A DNA stretch of 64,000 bases, taken from assembly GCA_963827235.1 (NCBI GenBank), contig CAWHAE010000010.1:736001-800000 (forward strand). Direction: 5' to 3'. Origin of the DNA: an uncultured bacterium. Its GTDB lineage: Bacteria; Chloroflexota; UBA5177; JANWHV01. Within the stretch, counting starts at the first letter, position 1, and every line of letters begins with the position of its first letter. Positions 60,801-64,000 of this stretch are shown piece by piece. The notes beneath the pieces are model-generated. The model had not been told where the DNA came from and searched no databases. It worked only from the letters and a program-made list of their open reading frames with translations. Made by a program: the position numbers and the translations under genes.

Positions 60801-62921
60801 CTAGCTCTGGATGGGCGCCACCGCGACTGCGTCCGTGGCGACGCGACCTTCCTCGCAGACCAATGCGACGCCGCCGCGCGTCAGCGGCATGTCGAGGTCG
60901 ACAACGTCGAAGAGCAGTGTGCCATCCAGCCAGGCCAGCACGTGAGTACCCTCGACAGCAAGCCGCATCTCGTATGGCCGGCCAGGCTCCCAGGCAGCTG
61001 CCGTCTCGGCCAGCACGGCTTCGCCGTCCAACACCTTGACCAGGCGTGCCGAACCTTCCTGATGGAGGAGCAGAGCGTAGTAGCGCCGCATCCCCTGCAC
61101 GCGCGCGGCGAGGCCCCACGCCACGGCCAGATGCGGCGTGAGCGTGGTGGTGACCTGGTAATCGCGCCACTCACGAGTGCCGGTGGTCAGGAGTCCGCGG
61201 CCATGATTTTGCATGAGGCGGTAAGCCTCGGGCCATTCGGGATGCGCGGCCTGCTGATCCAGGCCGTCGACCCAGGAACGCAGCCACATCGAACCCCGGG
61301 CCTCCGGACGAGCGAACGTCAGTCGGGGAGTGCCGTCCCAGCGCACATAGTCGAGATACAGCGTGCCGGCGGCACCGCCCCGGCCGCACACCTCGATGCC
61401 GACTACCGCGATCGGCTGGCCGTCCGTCTCGGGTATCTGCCACTCCAGCACGTGCTCGGCTCCGGCAGACAGTGAAGCACTGGGCCCGCGGTGTGTCACC
61501 AACGCGTCATTCGCCCCATAGGTCTGCATGTAGACACACACGTCGACCGGCGTGACATTGGCAGAGTCAGCGGAAACCCGCGCCTCGAGGTGCTGTCCAG
61601 CGTACAGTGTTGGCGACGCCAAGAGCTCGTAGAATCCCGGGTTGACGTTGGTGGGAGGCGCAAAGGTCGGCGTAGCCACGCGCGAGACACGACCCGGTGC
61701 AAGATGGTGAAAATGTATGGCCAGACTCCGCGTTCCCAGGGGGCTGTGACCAGCTACGTTCTCCACCGCTGTCGTGCCGCGTGACGCCTCGCATTCCTCC
61801 ACCTGCCAGCCCTGCACGCTGCCCGGCAGCTCGAAGTGGAAACGGGCACCGCGCTTGGGGGTCAGCGGGACCTGTCCGGCCAGCGCCCTTCCCATGTTGA
61901 CCACGTGATACGTCTCGCTCACGGCATCGGTGATAGCCCGGCCACCGTCGGCAGTGGACAGGAAGATGCGGTCGGCGACCGGACCGCGCCAGTCGGGACC
62001 GGCCTCGACCGTGCCGAGCCCGTCTTTGATACCGAGCAGACAGCCCAGATTGCCCGAGTTGCAATCGGTGTCCCAGCCGCAGGTGTTGCAGATCATCAGC
62101 GAGCGTTGGAAGTCGCTCTGGCCGTAGAGCAGAGCAAGCACGATGATGGCGTGGTTCGGCACCATATGACAGTTTCCGCCATAGCGGTCGTACCCATATC
62201 GCTCGACGATCGCCTGGCGGGTGCGGCGCCAATCGCCATGCCGGCCGTGCCAGTCGCGCACGTCGTGGATCAGCCGTGCAATGGCGGAATCCGCAGGAAT
62301 GAAACGCAGACTGGTGTCGAGAAGGACATCCACGCTCGGCTCCACGAAGGCCAGCGCCTCCATGGCGGCCAGCGACTGAGCGCCAAAGATTGCCTCCCCA
62401 TCGTGACTGACGCTCGCCGCCCGTCGCGCCAGGTCGGCAGCCAGCTCGGGGTCGCCCGGCGCCACCATCGCCCAACCATCGACGAAGATCTGGGAGCCGA
62501 TCTGCTCGGCCACAACCTTGCCGTTGGTGGCAATGGATCCGCTGAGCGGCGCGGCGATGCCCTGCTGCAGTCGCAGGTAGGCGGTATGCTCGGTCGAGTT
62601 GCCCAGGCCACCCCACCACAAGACGGTGCGTCCCTCGATCAGGTAGTTCAGCCAGGTCTGACCGATCTGGGCAGGGGTGATCGAACGGGAGCAGCCGTAG
62701 TCCTCGAGTGCGCGCAGGAAGGTGAAGGTGCCGCCGATGTCGTCGTCGGTCACCACCAGCGGCACGCCGCAGCGATCGTTCACGTAGTAGTTGATCTCTC
62801 CCAGCTCGGCCATGATCTGCTCGTACGACCACATCTCAAATGGCCGGCCCAGGTAGACGCCGATGATCTTGCCGAGCACCCCGGCATACACGCGATCGCG
62901 ATAGTCGCTGGGCAAAGACAT
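60801..62921 (-). CDS. ADP-ribosylglycohydrolase-family protein with C-terminal beta-sandwich domains
   Basis: GKIIGVYLGRPFE, VTDDD, SHDGE, GWDTDCN. Confidence 0.88.
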   Translation of the reverse strand: MSLPSDYRDRVYAGVLGKIIGVYLGRPFEMWSYEQIMAELGEINYYVNDRCGVPLVVTDDDIGGTFTFLRALEDYGCSRSITPAQIGQTWLNYLIEGRTVLWWGGLGNSTEHTAYLRLQQGIAAPLSGSIATNGKVVAEQIGSQIFVDGWAMVAPGDPELAADLARRAASVSHDGEAIFGAQSLAAMEALAFVEPSVDVLLDTSLRFIPADSAIARLIHDVRDWHGRHGDWRRTRQAIVERYGYDRYGGNCHMVPNHAIIVLALLYGQSDFQRSLMICNTCGWDTDCNSGNLGCLLGIKDGLGTVEAGPDWRGPVADRIFLSTADGGRAITDAVSETYHVVNMGRALAGQVPLTPKRGARFHFELPGSVQGWQVEECEASRGTTAVENVAGHSPLGTRSLAIHFHHLAPGRVSRVATPTFAPPTNVNPGFYELLASPTLYAGQHLEARVSADSANVTPVDVCVYMQTYGANDALVTHRGPSASLSAGAEHVLEWQIPETDGQPIAVVGIEVCGRGGAAGTLYLDYVRWDGTPRLTFARPEARGSMWLRSWVDGLDQQAAHPEWPEAYRLMQNHGRGLLTTGTREWRDYQVTTTLTPHLAVAWGLAARVQGMRRYYALLLHQEGSARLVKVLDGEAVLAETAAAWEPGRPYEMRLAVEGTHVLAWLDGTLLFDVVDLDMPLTRGGVALVCEEGRVATDAVAVAPIQS

Positions 62922-63028
62922 AGCTGCATCCCTACACTACGTGAGGTGCCTTACACCAGGCGCCCGCGCTACTCCCTCGGCACGCGGTCCGGCTCGCGCC
63001 GCAGACCGCGGCCCTGATCCCAGTCCCG

Positions 63029-63089
63029 TGTAAATCGATTTGGCAATCGATTTGCGCAGAATTATAGGCTCTTGGCCCACCCGTGTCAA
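63029..63089 (-). promoter_or_regulatory. Consensus promoter TTGACA-N17-TATAAT with downstream double operator
   Basis: tgtcaa at 63084-63089, attata at 63061-63066; operator at 63029-63055. Confidence 0.85.
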
Positions 63090-63259
63090 GCAGCACGCTG
63101 TGCCATCGGGGCCGCTCTTTTCTACACACATGCCAGCGCCAAGAGCGCCGGCACACGCAGCTCACCCTGGGTCGAGAGCGGCCCGACCGCCTCGCGCGGG
63201 CGATCTCGCTGCCCAGCGATGACAGCGGCTGGCGCCTGCGCAGGCGTGCCGGAGAGGCC

Positions 63260-63320
63260 TTGACAACGCCCCATGAAGCGCATATAATCCGGTGCAAATC
63301 GATTGCCAAATCGATTTACA
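63260..63320 (+). promoter_or_regulatory. Consensus promoter TTGACA-N17-TATAAT with downstream double operator
   Basis: 63260-63265 and 63283-63288; gcaaatcgattgccaaatcgatttaca at 63294-63320 is the exact reverse complement of 63029-63055. Confidence 0.85.
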
Positions 63321-63335
63321 AGGGGACGGGAGCAT

Positions 63336-64000
63336 ATGGCTACCATAAGCGACGTAGCGAGGCTGGCCGACGTTTCGGAGACTACCGTCTCGCACGCCCT
63401 GAGCGGCACGAGACGCGTAAGTGCCGCCCTACAGGAGCGCGTCCTGGCCGCTGCAGCCGCCCTGCAGTACCAGCCCGACGCCGCCGCGCGAAGCCTGCGC
63501 ACCAAGAGGACGGACACGCTGGGCCTGCTTGTGCCCGACATCACCAACTCCTGGCACCCCCTCGTCGCCCGCGGCCTGCTGGACGTGACGACGCCCGAGG
63601 GCTATCACACGCTGCTTTGCGCCACGGACGGCCTGGTGCAGCAGGAGAAGGCATTTCTCTCCGAGCTGGTGCGACGACGCGTCGACGGCATCGTCATCGT
63701 TACCCTGAGCTATCCCATGGACGTGCTGCAGCGAGAGCTGCGGGGCACTCCGGCCGTGCTGAGCTGCGTCCCCGACCACCCCATCCCGAACATGGACTAC
63801 ATCGCCTTCGACGAGGTCAAGGCCGCTCGCATGGCAGTCGATTGTCTGATCGAGCGCGGCTGCCGCCGCATAGCCGCGATCACCGGACCAAGGGCCTTTC
63901 CCGGTGCCGGGCGGCGGTACCGCGGCTATCAAGAGGGCCTGGCGGCGCATGGCTTGCCGGTGGACCCGAATCTGGTGGTGGAGGGAGACTACTGGCGGCC
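63336..64000 (+). CDS. LacI-family regulator (runs off window end)
   Basis: MATISDVARLADVSETTVSHALSG..YQPDAAARSLRTKRT, translated by hand. Confidence 0.92.
   Translation, partial: MATISDVARLADVSETTVSHALSGTRRVSAALQERVLAAAAALQYQPDAAARSLRTKRTDTLGLLVPDITNSWHPLVARGLLDVTTPEGYHTLLCATDGLVQQEKAFLSELVRRRVDGIVIVTLSYPMDVLQRELRGTPAVLSCVPDHPIPNMDYIAFDEVKAARMAVDCLIERGCRRIAAITGPRAFPGAGRRYRGYQEGLAAHGLPVDPNLVVEGDYWR

Noticed and set aside
72-63950. Many long overlapping or antisense ORFs in the track (e.g. 6276-8087 +, 32757-34196 +, 44791-46437 -, 50354-52168 -)
   Set aside because: Shadow ORFs expected at high GC; they overlap well-supported genes and have no recognisable motifs

Overview
GC-rich bacterial chromosomal segment. 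Gene types such as a DUF6788-BTAD-ATPase regulator, DinB-like, zinc-ribbon and clan GH-A proteins suggest Chloroflexota; this is inference only. No rRNA, tRNA, CRISPR array or transposase was recognised. Contents: (1) 1-5.3 kb, a candidate peptide-signalling locus: HD-GYP phosphodiesterase, DUF5317 membrane protein, an unannotated 40-aa peptide, a Zn-finger/SARP/STAND/TPR regulator and a second 74-aa secreted peptide. (2) A split alpha-1,3-glucan/nigerooligosaccharide regulon: two GH65 phosphorylases at 5.5-10.9 kb, and GH87, ABC importer and double-HTH LacI at 20-27.8 kb, linked by a shared promoter/operator. (3) A peptide-type ABC importer with acetamidase, and c-di-GMP enzymes. (4) An arabinan/L-arabinose cluster (araB, araD, polyol dehydrogenase, ABC, GH51, GH43, two paralogous LacI) with no araA in the window. 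(5) Housekeeping genes glk, pckA, hflX and trxA, an RNase D-HEAT fusion preceded by a candidate sRNA, an XRE pair, and a LacI-linked ADP-ribosylglycohydrolase. Three genes are frameshifted, most likely by consensus errors. Best candidate for an undescribed system: the peptide / DUF5317 (possibly an LspA-like aspartic peptidase) / HD-GYP module. All family calls come from recognising motifs by eye; no database searches were run.
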